Shown here: piece after piece, positions 36,319 through 48,700 of the stretch
Layout of the letters: the number at the start of each line of letters is the position of its first letter
How positions within the stretch are numbered: the stretch's first letter is position 1
DNA from: the human T2T-CHM13v2.0 reference genome, Homo sapiens
NCBI RefSeq assembly: GCF_009914755.1
Contig: NC_060937.1
DNA: 64,000 nt
Reading direction: 5' to 3' (one strand)
Notes under the pieces: generated by a model
Told to the model about the DNA's origin: nothing
Databases searched by the model: none
What the model saw: only the letters and a program-made list of their open reading frames with translations
Made by a program: the position numbers and the translations under genes

Positions 36319-39300
36319 TCTTCTCCAATTTGACCCAGCCATACTATTGCACCTCTCTGACACAATAGGCTGTTTCATATACCTTTGCTATCTTTATGTT
36401 TGTCTTCCAGGGCCTGGTCTGCTTGGTGAGACCTCAGCAGCTTTGGAACCTGCTTTTCTAGAGACCTCTCCAGAATCTCCTGGCCAGGTTCAACCTCCAC
36501 CATTACTGTGCATTGTCCAAATCTTCCTTGCACTTAGCACCCTGGCGCATGTGTGTGTGATCACAGGCCAGCCAGTGAGTGTGCACTTGGAAAGTTCACT
36601 CATCCTTAAAACCGTGAGGCCCAGAACAAAAACAATCAGATGTTCTGAAAAGTATCAGTGTTAAATACTGAAGTATCTTCTTGTTAAAATATTCTTCTTG
36701 ATCTGTCTCTCATATTCAATCATTCACTAACTCAATTTCAGACATTTATTGAGCACCTACTATGTGCCAGACATTATGCTCAGCCTACCTGTCATGGTCT
36801 CTTGAAAAGAATCTTCTAAACCTGCATCTTAAAATTACCTTTGGGGATTGTGCTGATAATGTGTATTCAAGTCTTGTGGTGAACAGGAGGAAAAATATAT
36901 CATCTTACATTTGCACAGGTTATTTATTTGTTATAAAGCAGCTTCAAACCGTTTGGTTAAGACCTCTCACAGTTGAGCAAGTAGAGTTGTGCTGAATTCT
37001 AATATAGGGAACCATGGGGGGCAACATGGTTTGAAAATCTGAGCTGTGTGTCTTCTCTGGAGAGAGCACATGCATCCACTAGCTCCTGACCCCACTTTGA
37101 AACAGGGATGGATAACAAATGGCATCAGTGCCACTCAAAGAGTTGTAAGTGGCAGCCAGCTACTCCTCTGCCTACTGATCACTTTGTGTATTCATTTTCC
37201 TCTTTTCTCATTTTGCTCTCTCCCATTTCCTATCTTCCCTTGCTTTCTGCTTTCTCTCTTTCTGATGACTTTATCCTCCCATACATTCATGCCCTTGAAG
37301 GGCATCGCTTAGCACCCGCCACTAGGCACTCCTCAAGAGGTTTGCTTCCCCTTTGCTTCTAGGCTGGATTAAACCCACGTTCCAGGATGTGGTATGGGAG
37401 GCAGGGAGGGCCAGAACTGGCACAGCCTCTGTGTTCTCGGGCTGCTGATCATTCCATTCCACACCAGACCTTCTGAGGTGAATGAGCTAAAGCAGCGGCA
37501 CAGGTCTGAGCCATAAACAAGGCAGCACCCAGGAGCAGGCCATTGTTGCTTTGTCTGGTTTGAGCACTCAGCTTTGTACAAGTCAGACAAGACGCCTGGA
37601 CATGGAGCTTGGGCTCCTGCCCAGGGTTTCATTCTCACTGTCGCAAAGCCACAGATTGGAAGCAGAAAGGCAATGCTTGCTTTCAATCCCCGTGCACACA
37701 GAAAAGCCTCCTCAGCCCAGTATCAGCTTCCCTAAACACCACCCAGGGGGCAGTGAATGTTGACTGGTCCTGATTTATTGGAGCAGAAGAGGAAAAGAAA
37801 TGACAAGCCCTAAATGTCAAGACGAGGAGGTGTGTGGCCTGGCCGTAAAGAGAGCTGAGAGCGTGCACTGGGATGGGTCACGTGACTAGGATTCTCAAGC
37901 CAGGAGAGACCAGGAGCCAATTCAAGTGGGAGGTGTCAGAAATGCAAAGTCGGCTGTAAAAATGTCAAGAGCAAGGCTGGGAATAAGGCAAAGGGAAGAC
38001 TGCCTTCTGTTTTGTGGGAGGCAGGTTACAAAATGTTAGGAGTGCACATTTACTTTCATGTGTCTGCTTGGTTGCAAGTCGAATCTGCTGTCTGCTGGAA
38101 CTCCGGAGAACTGATAGGAATGCAGCATCCAGGAACCTGATCCTACCCCAGGGAGTTCTGATGCTACCTTCCTATGCTGCAGAGGACTCTCCTGCTGCAG
38201 CTCTAAGAGAAATTTAGACAGTAAGTCAATCCAGACATGCCCTGTGAAAGTGAGATCTTATTGGCATGGCTTGCCCGGTGAAAGGTAATGAGGAGTAGCT
38301 GAGGCTGCACCTGCTCAGGAGCCCATGTGCTCAACAAGAAAACTCCAAGCTTGCTTCAATTTGGCATTGTTTTTAGTGAACGTTCACTGTTTTAATTCCA
38401 TTCACTGTTTCTTATTTATTTGAGATGGGGTCTCTGTCACCCAAGCTGGAGAGCAGTGGTGTCATCTTAGCTCGCTGCAGCCTCAAACTCCCTGGCTCAA
38501 GTGATCCTCCCACCTCAGCCTCCCCAGTTGAGACCACAAGCATGCACCCATCTTCATTCTTTGTTTCTTATCCTTGCTGGACTACTGCAGGGGTCCTCCT
38601 GGAGATGAGATTCTTCCAACCTGAAAAACTCTATAATTATTTCTGCCAGAGCCAAAATCTTCCTGGTCAATGGCTGAAAGGGGGCAATGCTCAACATGGA
38701 AATGCATACCTGCCACGCTTAGCAGGAATCTGGCGGGGCTGAAAACCCACCACATACAAGGCACTCTCAGGAGGCAGGAACTGGGCCACTGTCTTAGTTT
38801 CAATTCCTGAAACAGGAATCTAGATGCACATGTTTACTGGGGATATGATCCCCAGAAACACAGTGAGGGATTGGAGAAGCAAGATAGAGAGAGGTGGGTT
38901 AGCCAATAAAGGGGGTGTACATGAGCAGGATGCTGCACAGAGCACTTGGGTTTTACTTCCTCTGGAGTCCCTCTCAAAGGCTCAGTGGAAAACACCTCGA
39001 TTTTCCTGTTGGCAGGGGGTATAAAAAAACGGAGACTTTTTTTTTTTAACAAGCTCCATCCTTCATTGGTTAAGGGTTGCTCCAGGCCCCTTTAACTCTG
39101 ATGCTCTTCTGGGCTTCCCCATGCATGGGGCTTAACAAATTTCTGTGGCCAGAGAGAGCCATCAGGCAGAGATGTGGAAGCTTTAGGTAAGAAGCTACAG
39201 TGTGTCCATGAAGCTGCAGATGACCTGCAAGGGAACATGCTCCATCCACTTGCAACAGCCATCATGACAGTAATGTCTTCTCATCTGTGTGCCCAAACAT

Positions 39301-42300
39301 GTGCACATGTGCATACACACACACACACACACACACAAATGCAAATTGTTGTACCTTTTTCTCATTTGCACTCCCCCTCACCATGACCATGTAAAAATCG
39401 AGTCTCCAAATAGTTTCAGCCCTGCTGAGCCATATAGCCTTGCCTTGCAATACGAGCAAGTAGAAGCAGTTATCTGTAGCCTCCCAGGCCCCAGCTACTC
39501 CATTGTAAATCCATGCCAGTTTCTAACTTCAGCCCAGCTGGAAAGGCTAGGACTTGCGTTGGCTGTTTTGCTTAAGCCCTGCTGAAGGGCAACATGGGGT
39601 GATGGGAAAAACTGGAACAGATGTCAGGAATTTGAGGTTTCTTGTGTCCTGTCCGCCAGTAAGTTACATAACTTCCTTAGTTGACTTCTAGAACTTAGTT
39701 TCTCCCTTGGTAGAACTAGAGTAATAATACCCGCCCTATTTGCCTCCAAGAGTTGTAGGAAGACTCAAAAGGAGCCAATTCACGTACCTGGGATCACCTT
39801 GACGTGGCAGGGATGTTCCTTGCAAAGCCTTATCCTGCTCAATCTTCACCTAATTACGTTGGTTTTAGGCTTGAAGCAGGGGCCTTGCTGGCTGACCTCT
39901 CAAAGCCTCCCTTTCCCTTGTTCCCATGTGTAGCATTCTGTTTTGGGAGCACAGAATGTACTCTGGTCTAGAGGAAGCTAAGCCACTGTTTGCAATCAGT
40001 CCAAGCAGATCAAGTTAAGGACCAGGCCATTTTGGAGGCACACAAGGACTCCTCTTGGCAGATGGGCACGACAGGCTTGCTTGCAGACTGAGTGGTGAAC
40101 AGCCCCTTCCATCTCTTCGTTTGCTTGTATCAAATAGCAAATTCCAGAATCACTATACAGAGTGGTGGATGGGGCAATACAACTTACCCAAAATATTAAT
40201 AGGCACTCATGAGGGCACCAGCTGTTGTGACTAGTCTGTGTCATTAAGGCCTGTGTGATGTCAACAGAGAAGCCATTGTTGGCTGGACCTGCCCCCACCA
40301 GCTCAACCAGGGAGTGTTTGTCAGTCACTTAGGAAGAGCTGCCTTAAAGGGTGAGTGTGGTTCTCAAAGGTGGGAAAAACTAACAATTCTTGAAGAGGAC
40401 TCAAGGTTTATTGGACCACCAAATACTGGAGTTGATGCTGAAGTCTATAACAATGGTAACAATACTCAGGGTGTATCCATTGTGGGCCCAGCCAATGGAT
40501 ACTCTGGGGAGTATTGAGGGGAGGGGTGTTGAGTCCTTCTACACAGGCTCAGAAAGAAAGGTTCTTATCATCCACTTAGAAACAATGGAAGCAAAGTAAC
40601 TCTCTGGGACAGAAACTTTGTCGGTCAGGGAGAGGCTTGAAGGAGACTCTAAATGGTTCCCAGAATGAATTCCCACGTAAACCTAAAGAATGCTGATGGA
40701 GAGAAGCCACTGCTCATTCTTCTTTTTAAGCCAAATAATATCCTTCTGCCGGAACAAAGTTGTTCTTGGCACTTGGAAGTAAATGTGAGGAGGGAATCAA
40801 AACACAACGCCTGAGAGACAAATCCATAAGAAATCTGAAGGCCAGGACGTGGTGAAAAGTAATAAAGATAGAAGGGTCAGTGGCAGGAACAAAGATTAAC
40901 TGTACCAGAGGAGATGGCGCTTTGGCTCTGAAAATAGGATTGAGCGAAAGCCGGAAGTGCTGCAGAGACGCACGTGTCCTTCGTTTCCACCCTGAAGGCT
41001 CAAAGGAAGGCCGCTGCCCAGCCACGCGGAGGCTGCAGGACAGGGTTCTGGAAGCTGGGGCCTCCTTGCCCTAATCCTGGAAGGATATTCCACATCTAAA
41101 TCACCGAAGCTTCATCCTGTGATGCAGAAGCTCTCCCCTTGTGAACAACCAACACAGGAAGTAGTGAAACCTGGTAGAGAGAATATTATCTTTCTCCACC
41201 TTCAGTTATACCAGAACTGCCTCCAGGGACTTTGGCAGGTTTGACAAATGGCAGAAGAATTTAGAAGATTTTCTTTGCTGGCAAAGGGAGCCAATGGTTG
41301 GGCACAAATGTGCTGCTGCGGTTGTTTGTACAATGAAACTCTAGATTGTAGGCAGAAATGTCAGGTTCCTTTCAACTCTCTTCAGAGCTAATCTAGTTCC
41401 CATGTGCAAACTCAATCTATAGCATTTGGGTAAAGAATACTCAGTCCTCTGCTGTGACAAGAACAAATTCATCACCCACACCATACATTGTAGCTAAGGG
41501 CATCATTGTGCCCACATGAATCACCAGGCAGAGACGGCTGCCAACTCTGAAATTCTTTACTCATGGAAGACTCACGTATACTAATGCCGACTATTTACGC
41601 AAGCACATTTCTCCAGGTGGCCTGGAGCAGTTTACAAGATGCTGGCTCATTCCTCATCATGCCACTTGGAAGGAGAGCAAAAGGTGGGGAAAGAGGAAGG
41701 GCCAACATCATCATCTGCATTTTATGTGGGGAAACTGAGGCTCACATAAGCCGTAAAGTGAAATGTATAGACATTTATGAGTCAGAAATCGACCATGGAA
41801 GAGGCAAAATGAGCTTATCTGAATCATGAGTGGACTATTTCTTGCCCAACAATTTCATGCAGCTCTTCCAACACAACTGTTTTGATACAGCAGCCTCAAA
41901 ACAAGCCAAAATTCAGACTCGCTGTATTTGGTTTATAACCAGTTTCCCATCTTTCATTCCTTCTCTGACTTCTACCTGACTTCTGAATTTGGTTGACCCT
42001 GTTTTTTTGTTTGTTTGTTTGTTTTGTTTTACTTTAAAAGACCCTCAACCCTCCTGGAGTCCTGACCTGCTATTTCTTTCATTTTGAACCTCTACCAGTC
42101 CTTTCCTTCATCTGTTACCAATCCATACACCCTTGATGCCTGGAGGTAAGATTGACAATGGAGGGGGGGAGGTGAAGATCAAGGTTGAGGTGAAGCTCAC
42201 AGATGGCCTGCAAGATGCCTATTTTACTCATCATTTATTTTTTAAAAAGCTGAACATTTATCGGCTGAATCTTTGAGCCATACCAAAATATCCTCATGTC

Positions 42301-42621
42301 AAAATAGCTGCAGTAAAGTGGTTCTATTAAAATAGCTGCCTCCAAAGAACTGAGAGTGGAGATGTCACCTGCTTCTGGCACCTGACTTTGGTCCTCTTCT
42401 GCGTGGCATTGCCTTCTGCTCTGCTGGATTCTGGCGTATGGCTCATCAGAGGAGGCACTAACATCAGGGCTGCCTTTTATCTTGCTGATCCAAGCGAGGA
42501 CTATGTAGGTGTCACAGATGAAACTCGTCCAGAAGCCGAACAGGATGCTAATGGCATGGCCACGTGTTTCCAGCACCCTGTGAGGCAGCTGGCTGGCATC
42601 AATCCTCTCCCCAGCTTCCAT
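25684..42621 (-). CDS. SMIM2: Small integral membrane protein 2 (85 aa); CDS = join(42621..42369, 25688..25684)
   Basis: ATG at 42621 in a strong Kozak context (GGGATGG); donor CAG|GTGACA at 42369/42368. The join gives 258 nt = 85 aa + TGA, ending QVPEAG. Hydrophobic segment [23 protein letters not shown]. Sequence and length match my recollection of human SMIM2/C13orf44. Confidence 0.8.
26910..27270 (-). mobile_element. L2 LINE 3' fragment
   Basis: ttcatttatttattcattcatt...ttgagcatctcccatgtgtcagtcactgtgctag. Confidence 0.7.
27670..28133 (-). mobile_element. MST-family (MSTB/MSTC-like) MaLR solo LTR
   Basis: gttgctataatagaatacctaagcctaggtaatttataaagaaaagaggttt...ccatatccaaaccata. Confidence 0.88.
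28160..28840 (-). mobile_element. L2 LINE fragment
   Basis: ccctgccttgagagagttt...gagccattggaggattttaaataagg motifs. Confidence 0.65.
29760..29960 (+). mobile_element. L2 3' end with (GAAT/GAGT)n tail
   Basis: ccagactgtgagttcccagagggc...gaatgaatgaatgagtgagtgag. Confidence 0.75.
30288..30690. mobile_element. Old ERVL-class LTR (LTR16/LTR33-like)
   Basis: tgtcttaagttaggttccctagaagcag...caagtgatttactg terminus; subfamily uncertain. Confidence 0.55.
30718..31539 (+). mobile_element. 5'-truncated L1PA (ORF2 C-terminus, 3'UTR, poly(A)) with 16-bp TSD
   Basis: ORF 30793-31311 is the L1 ORF2 C-terminus ([32 protein letters not shown]); gaaatattgt(t/c)atagt at 30702-30717 and 31540-31555. Confidence 0.97.
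32226..32669 (+). mobile_element. MLT2 (D-like) ERVL solo LTR with 5-bp TSD
   Basis: TG...CA termini (tgtgatggtc...ctggagaaccctgaatgacaca) flanked by GGGAC on both sides. Confidence 0.92.
32586..32625. repeat. (AC)20 microsatellite inside the MLT2
   Basis: Perfect AC run. Confidence 0.95.
34100..34580 (+). mobile_element. L2 LINE 3' portion
   Basis: gaatgtgagctcttc...ttagtaggtcctcaataaata. Confidence 0.6.
36290..36318. repeat. (CA)n microsatellite
   Basis: CA run preceded by cgcg. Confidence 0.9.
38412..38550 (-). mobile_element. Alu monomer/AluJ fragment
   Basis: ttgagatggggtctctgtcacccaagctggag...gatcctcccacctcagcctcc. Confidence 0.85.
38790..39257. mobile_element. Old ERVL-class LTR (LTR33/LTR16-like)
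   Basis: tgtcttagtttc...atgtttactggggatatgatcccagaaacacagtgaggg...cacttgcaaca. Confidence 0.55.
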
Positions 42622-42697
42622 CCCACCCCCATCCACCCATAAGCTCTTCTTGGGTCAGAAATGCAATTCTTTGATGGTGCCAGACAGCCAGATGATG
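42369..42697 (-). other. SMIM2: SMIM2 exon 2 (5'UTR and nearly the whole CDS)
   Basis: Acceptor ctttttctttttctttcttctttccag| at 42698/42697; donor CAG|GTGACA at 42369/42368. Confidence 0.8.
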
Positions 42698-42910
42698 CTG
42701 GAAAGAAGAAAGAAAAAGAAAAAGCAGGTTTCTAAATTAAGCACAAGGCTCGTTTATAAAAATAAATAGCCACAGCCTAGCAACGTGCTCACAGCTCAGC
42801 TTTCCTCCGTAATAAAACCTCTGTGGCTGAAGCCTGGGATGACACAGCCTTCAGAGGGCCCCACGCCCTGGCCCTCCTCATGCCCTGGCCCCTCCCAGGA
42901 TAATACTCAC

Positions 42911-43090
42911 CTGGAGAGTGCTGACAGTGGTACTTTTGGGGCCCCACTCTTCATTCAAGGCCAACCAAAGGCCAGGCTCCAAAAAGCAGAAGGAAGGCAG
43001 AGCTTAATGAGGCCCATGAACACTTACAGACTCTTGGCAGTAACTAATACACCTGTAGCAAAAGTGGTTGAAGTTCCTTGGGCTACTCTG
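42911..43090 (-). other. SMIM2: SMIM2 non-coding exon 1 (TSS position approximate)
   Basis: Consensus donor CCAG|GTGAGTA at 42911/42910, defining a 213-nt intron to the exon 2 acceptor; the 5' end cannot be determined from sequence. Confidence 0.6.
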
Positions 43091-45139
43091 TTGAAATAGG
43101 AACTCCTAGTTAAGACCATGTCTTCTTTGTTCACCATTGAACAGTACTCAGCTAAGCACAGGGCACGTATTGAGTACTCAACCAGTATGTGAGGAAAGAC
43201 TGGTTAGAGGTATAAATGAATGAATGAATGTTGCCATCCCATTATTGATGCTCTCCAAACTCTTCACTACAAATGGAGTCAGTTCCAGAATCCAAAGCCA
43301 GCATTCTTCTCCTGATTATGACATGCACCAAAGAGGCATCCCCTGAGCTGGATGTTTAAATCAGAGCCCACAGCTGAAGTGAGCACCAAGATGTACTGAG
43401 CAAGTGTGGACTCTTACTGATCCAAGTGGTGAGGCTCTTACAATGGGCAAGGGCAGAGGGCATGCGATATGTAGGTAACTATTGTTAGCATTCCTGAATC
43501 TTCTCCTGTTCTTTAGGCAGCAGCAGCTTCAAGGGTGAACTGTTGCTCAGCAGAGAAATGGCAGGAAAAAATAGGACATTCGCTTCTGGCCTTAGTCCTG
43601 TTGGAACACAAAAAGTGGAGTCTGCAATGCTGTTGGAGGCTCAACAGGTCAAATACATCAGTAATGGGCATGGTATGGCTGGGGTCATACGGAGACAGTC
43701 CTTAGAGCACTGAAAATGTGATCATCCTGAATCCCATAAGGATCCTTATGAGGTTAGAAGGGACAATGTGGCTCCACTTTGATGACTGACAGCAGTTGCT
43801 TTGGTGAGTTTCTACATATTCCCTTGTGATCAGAGAGTGGTACAGGACAGCATGTCAAAATCGTAAACCACCATCTCAGAGCAAGGCCCCTTAGTTACAA
43901 TATTAAAAAGATCAGAGAAATTGGCACATAGCATCATTTAGAAATCTGTCTTCAGGCATCTTTGTCTGGCCTGGCTGGAAATAGTAAAACCATATTTATG
44001 TCATTGAGAAAAAGGTTCTTAATTAAATTCAAATGTATAAGAATATATCGTAGGTCTATTTTTGGAACAATAATCTGGGAACAAAAAAAAATCTAAACAG
44101 CAACAAAACTTGTACAATAGCATTTAGCTTCAGACAGCAGCATACAATAGAGAAGAAGGAGTCCTCATAGACTCTGGACTCTTAGATTGATTCAATCCCA
44201 CAAGCTAGAGCACCAAAGTCATGGCACTGGGACATTTAGGAAGAGGAACTCTAGCAGTGACCTGATTAGGAGACAGCTCCAGCAGAGAGTCAGCACATAG
44301 ACTGGCCAAGCTGCCCCCAGATCTTTGGTGATATCTCTTTGGTGGAGATAAAGGAAGCCCTTTCCAAAGCAGACCAATTATGGCATCCACAACCATAGTC
44401 CCTGCTCCAGCCTAGTGAGGACACAGTATGTTCCATAAGTCCCTAAGGCTCTATGCCCAGGGCTCCCACTTCTGACACGGCTGCTCAAGGATAAGACCCC
44501 ACTGACCCCATTCTCTATGGAGGGTACAGAAATCCATAAGAACAGAGCCCAATACTCAGCTCTGTGACCTTAACTACTTGGAAACTGATTTTCTTTGTTC
44601 ATAAAATAGAGAGAGTAAAAATAATGCTTTCTATCTCCCAAGAGTGTACGAGGATCAAATGAAACACTATTATGTTCAAGTGCTTCCCAGTCTGCAAGCT
44701 ATTGTTCCATGTGACCATGTTTTATAAAATGTAAAGGTATACAGTGAGAAGTTTGCTTCTGATGTGAGGATTGAGACTTCCTTTGTCACAAACTTTTAGG
44801 GTGCTGTCTGGTTCCATCTTACTCATAATACTATTTTTTTTTCAGAGACCCCTAGCCATTTCCTTGGCTTCAAATACCAAAGACCTAGCATTTCAAAATT
44901 GTGTTTCTGTAACTGCTTCTTTCCTCTTACAATCCCTCAGAAAGTGCTGCAATTCTAGAATGCATGAGGAACCTTGGGGCTCACAAAGTCCACCACTTCA
45001 CTTTGCAGATGTACACACAGAGGCACAGAAAGTTTAGGCACTTGTCCAAGGTCACGTGTGGAGTTTCACTCACCCTATCCTCAGCTTCTCCCACAGCCTG
45101 CCAGTGTCTGCCCTCCAGTGGGTCTTTGAGGGCCACAAT

Positions 45140-45372
45140 TCAGATTCCACTCTTCCGCAGCTGGGACATCCATCTTCTGCCCTCGGACATCAGAGCTCCT
45201 TGTCCTCAGGCCTTCAGACTCCAGGGTTTACACCAGCAGCATTCCCCCGCTGGTTCTCAGGCCTTTGGTCTTGGACTGAATTACACTATCAGCTTTCTTG
45301 GGTCTCCAGCTTGCAGGTGGCATATTGTCACTCCATAATTGCATGAGCCAATTTCTATAATAAATCCCTTCT

Positions 45373-45408
<36 letters not shown>

Positions 45409-45517
45409 CAGATAGATAGATAGATAGACAGATGGTAGATAGTAGATGCATACATACATACATACATACATACATATCCTATTGGTTCACTTTCTCTGGA
45501 GAACCTTGACTGATACA
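45140..45517 (+). mobile_element. MLT2B-like ERVL LTR (3' part)
   Basis: ggttctcaggcctttggtcttggactgaattacac...cctattggttcactttctctggagaaccttgactgataca. Confidence 0.88.
45373..45476. repeat. Compound STR (TAGA)9 CAGA (TAGA)4 ... (CATA)7
   Basis: Direct reading. Confidence 0.95.
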
Positions 45518-46131
45518 GATTTTGGTGCTACACTCCCTCAATACTGACCATATTTTCCCACTTTTAAGTGAGTAATTGTTACTTAAGCTAGGTGTGTTAT
45601 TTAGGATGTGAGGGATGGGGAGCCGGAGGATGGTAGACAGTTGAGGGCAAGTGGATTAAAGCATGGCAGTAATGGGAACAGGCACCTCTGTGATCATGAT
45701 GCCTCATCTTAGATTATACCTTTGGAATTTGCCTTTTGTTTTTGAAAAAATAAATATATAACCATTTCATTTTTGTAGTTATTCGTAATAATTTGCTTCC
45801 TCACAGAAATGGCAGAATACATTCATGCAAAGCATATAAATGCACCCAAGTTGTTGTTGAGTTGTTTTAAAAGAATGTATTAAGAAGTAGGATTTGTTAA
45901 GTGACAATTCTTCTACCATCGGCCCACCTTCCTCTCTGCAGATGACCTTGTATCTACCCAGTAAAGAAAATATGAGGTTATTTTGTGTGAAACACCCCCA
46001 TCACCCCTACACCTACCTATCCATATGAAGCCAAATTCTCCTCCTCCTTCCCTCCTCCCCAAACCACCTACTCATACAAAGAAGGGTCTTTCTTTCTGTC
46101 TGTAATTACAAATCTACATGTGTGTTAGACC

Positions 46132-46245
46132 TACGGTGACCAATGATCCTGGCTTACTCAGGACTGAGGAGATTTCTGGGACACAAGACTTTCAGTGTTA
46201 AAATCAGGAATATTCCTGGCAGACTGAGACAAGCTGGTCACCCTG
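46132..46245. mobile_element. MER81/MER94-like hAT-Blackjack MITE
   Basis: ~114 bp with TIRs (ggtgacca / tggtcacc). Confidence 0.75.
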
Positions 46246-48499
46246 GTAGGCCCCATACCTCACCCAGGGACCTTTCTAAACAAACCACGATTGAATGAAT
46301 TGATACTAAATAGCAGCAAATTGCTATGTGAGATTGGTGGTCAGGAAGATAACTAGAAGGGATGAATGAATGAAATGTAGTGATTTTTTTTTAATTAAAA
46401 CCTTCATGAATATGTTGGGAAAAACCCGGAGGAGGATATCCTATTATCTAGACGAGCAGAAGAGCAGAAAAGTTACACTAAAGAATTTATATAGAGATGT
46501 AGATCCCATTCACTTGATGGTTAAGTCAGGGCAATCCATATTACATAGGAAACAGACCATAGTATTGCTTCACAACTTTCTAACTTCCTGTCATACATTT
46601 GTTAAAAATTATAACATCTGCTACATAGGTTAAGTTGAAAGGAGAATCTTCTTATGGCCACACGTGACCACCTGAGTGGCCTCATGACCACTGAAACTAC
46701 CTAGACTCCTGAGGACTGAGAGGGTCAGTATTTCAGCTCACATGTGACCCACTGACTACATACCACTATGTGGCTGGTTGGGAATCTTTGAACTATAGGA
46801 TTATAGCACTGTGGCCTAAACAGGCAGGTCTAGACTCTACTCCATCACAAATCTGAAATCTTGACCCACATTCTCCACACTCTCTTTAAAGAATGTTAAA
46901 CTAATAGTATTAATTTTTGTACACAAAAAATGCTTAAAACTATCACATATTAATCATTCAATAAATGCCAGTGGTTTTCCCCCAACACATACACTTACAC
47001 AGGTAGCTTTACTGTTTTTCTTACCTTCATGGTCCCATGAGCATAACTGCTAGTCTAGATAATTAAACTAAATGAGTGTGGCAACTGTGATACTTCAAGT
47101 CACTAGGAATAGCTTAAGTCCACATCCTTTCCTGGGTTGACTGATCGCCATCCCAGCATGACACATGTCCCTTCTCTGTCTCTGAGTTCCTTCCTCATCT
47201 TGGTGGAGCCCATAATGAGGCCTGACAGCAGGGCAAAGGACACACAGCCAAACAGGGCCTCAGATTTCCTAATTAGAGGTTTCTGGACAGAAGAAACATG
47301 GTCCCTTAATTGCTTAAGAGTGCCTCATCCACTTTCTAACATTGATTCTTTCTCTACCGCTTTGCCTTCCCAGTACTCCCATAGGTATAAGGGGAAAATC
47401 TTTTGCAGAATTCACTCAGCAAGTCAATCAACAAGAAGACACACATCCTTGGGGAACAAGGGGTGCTTTCCTCACAGAAAGTTGTTTCCAATAAACCAAT
47501 TTCTGCTGCTTAGCAACCTTGATGATGCCTTTTCCACAATTACAGCTAAATAGAATCCTCTATTGTCTACAGGAGATTAAGTGTATGCTTTCATGAGTCA
47601 GAAGAAAGTATCAGAAAAAGTTGTACTCAAGCTTTAGATGAATGTAAAAATACTGCACAAGGAGCAAAAACAGGAGGCATGCCCTGGTTGTGTTGTATGA
47701 TGAATATAGCTATTTTATTCATGCTTTGGGGTTTGATGTTTGTTTTGGGAGTTAGTCGTAAAGAGCTGGGTTGTTCATTCATAGCTGAGTAGATGGAGTC
47801 GTGATACCGCCTCCCTGTTTCTCTCAAACTAATAATTAAAGCTGTGATTACATCTTACACCAAACTAAGGGAGGGACAGTGGAACTCCCTGGAAGTGAGG
47901 AAGAGATTTTGAGGCAGGTTAGATGTTGCAACTGTCAAATCCCACAGTGTAGTCATTATGGTAAGATGAGGTGAACTGTGAGCCAGCCAATAAGAACAGC
48001 TGCTGAGTGGTACCATTTCCAATCACGGTCATCTCTTGGTTCTGTCTAGGGAGGCAGGGCAGGGGCGAAACCAGTCCCGCAATTCCTTTTTACAAAGTTT
48101 AACACACTGGTTGACTACGCCTCCTATTGCTGAAAGCATGGAAAATCCTTTGTCACAATTTCCTAAGCTTCTAACCATATATTTCCCTAATAACCAAATG
48201 TGCCTGTTTCAACAAAGTCAATCAGTTAAAGAACAATGTTTGGAGAGAGGAACATTTGGAGTGAGGAAGGAGGGCTTCCCAGAAAATTCAGCATCTTCTT
48301 TATAACTTTTTCTTTTTTTTTTTCACTTGATCCAGCAAATTTTTATTGCATGGGTACTGTGTACCACATGTGAAAACAAAAATTAACACTTACCAAGCTA
48401 AGACATACTATGTGCCATGCTTACTGGCTGGCTCATAGTTCACCTCATCTCCTTACCATCATGACTACACTGTGGGATTTGATAGTTGCAACATCTAAC

Positions 48500-48700
48500 C
48501 TGCCTCATCCATGCACTATTGCTAAACCCTTTTCATCCATCACGTCATTTACTCATTTATATAACCCTATGAGAGAATTATCCTTATTCCCCCATTTTAC
48601 AGATGAGGAAGCTATGGTTCACAGAGATTTAGCTATTTACCCAAGGTTAATGGCAAAGCCATGATTCAAATACAGATAGCCTGGCTCCAGAGCCTGGGTG
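48500..48700. mobile_element. MIR SINE
   Basis: ccccattttacagatgaggaagct...gattcaaatacagatagcctggctccagagcc. Confidence 0.8.

Noticed and set aside
40314-40599. Possible pseudogene or retroviral remnant
   Set aside because: The translations match no family I can recognise; a tBLASTn search would be needed
42235-42636. 133-aa single-exon version of the SMIM2 ORF
   Set aside because: It starts at GTG and reads through a splice donor; the spliced 85-aa model from the ATG at 42621 fits the signals better
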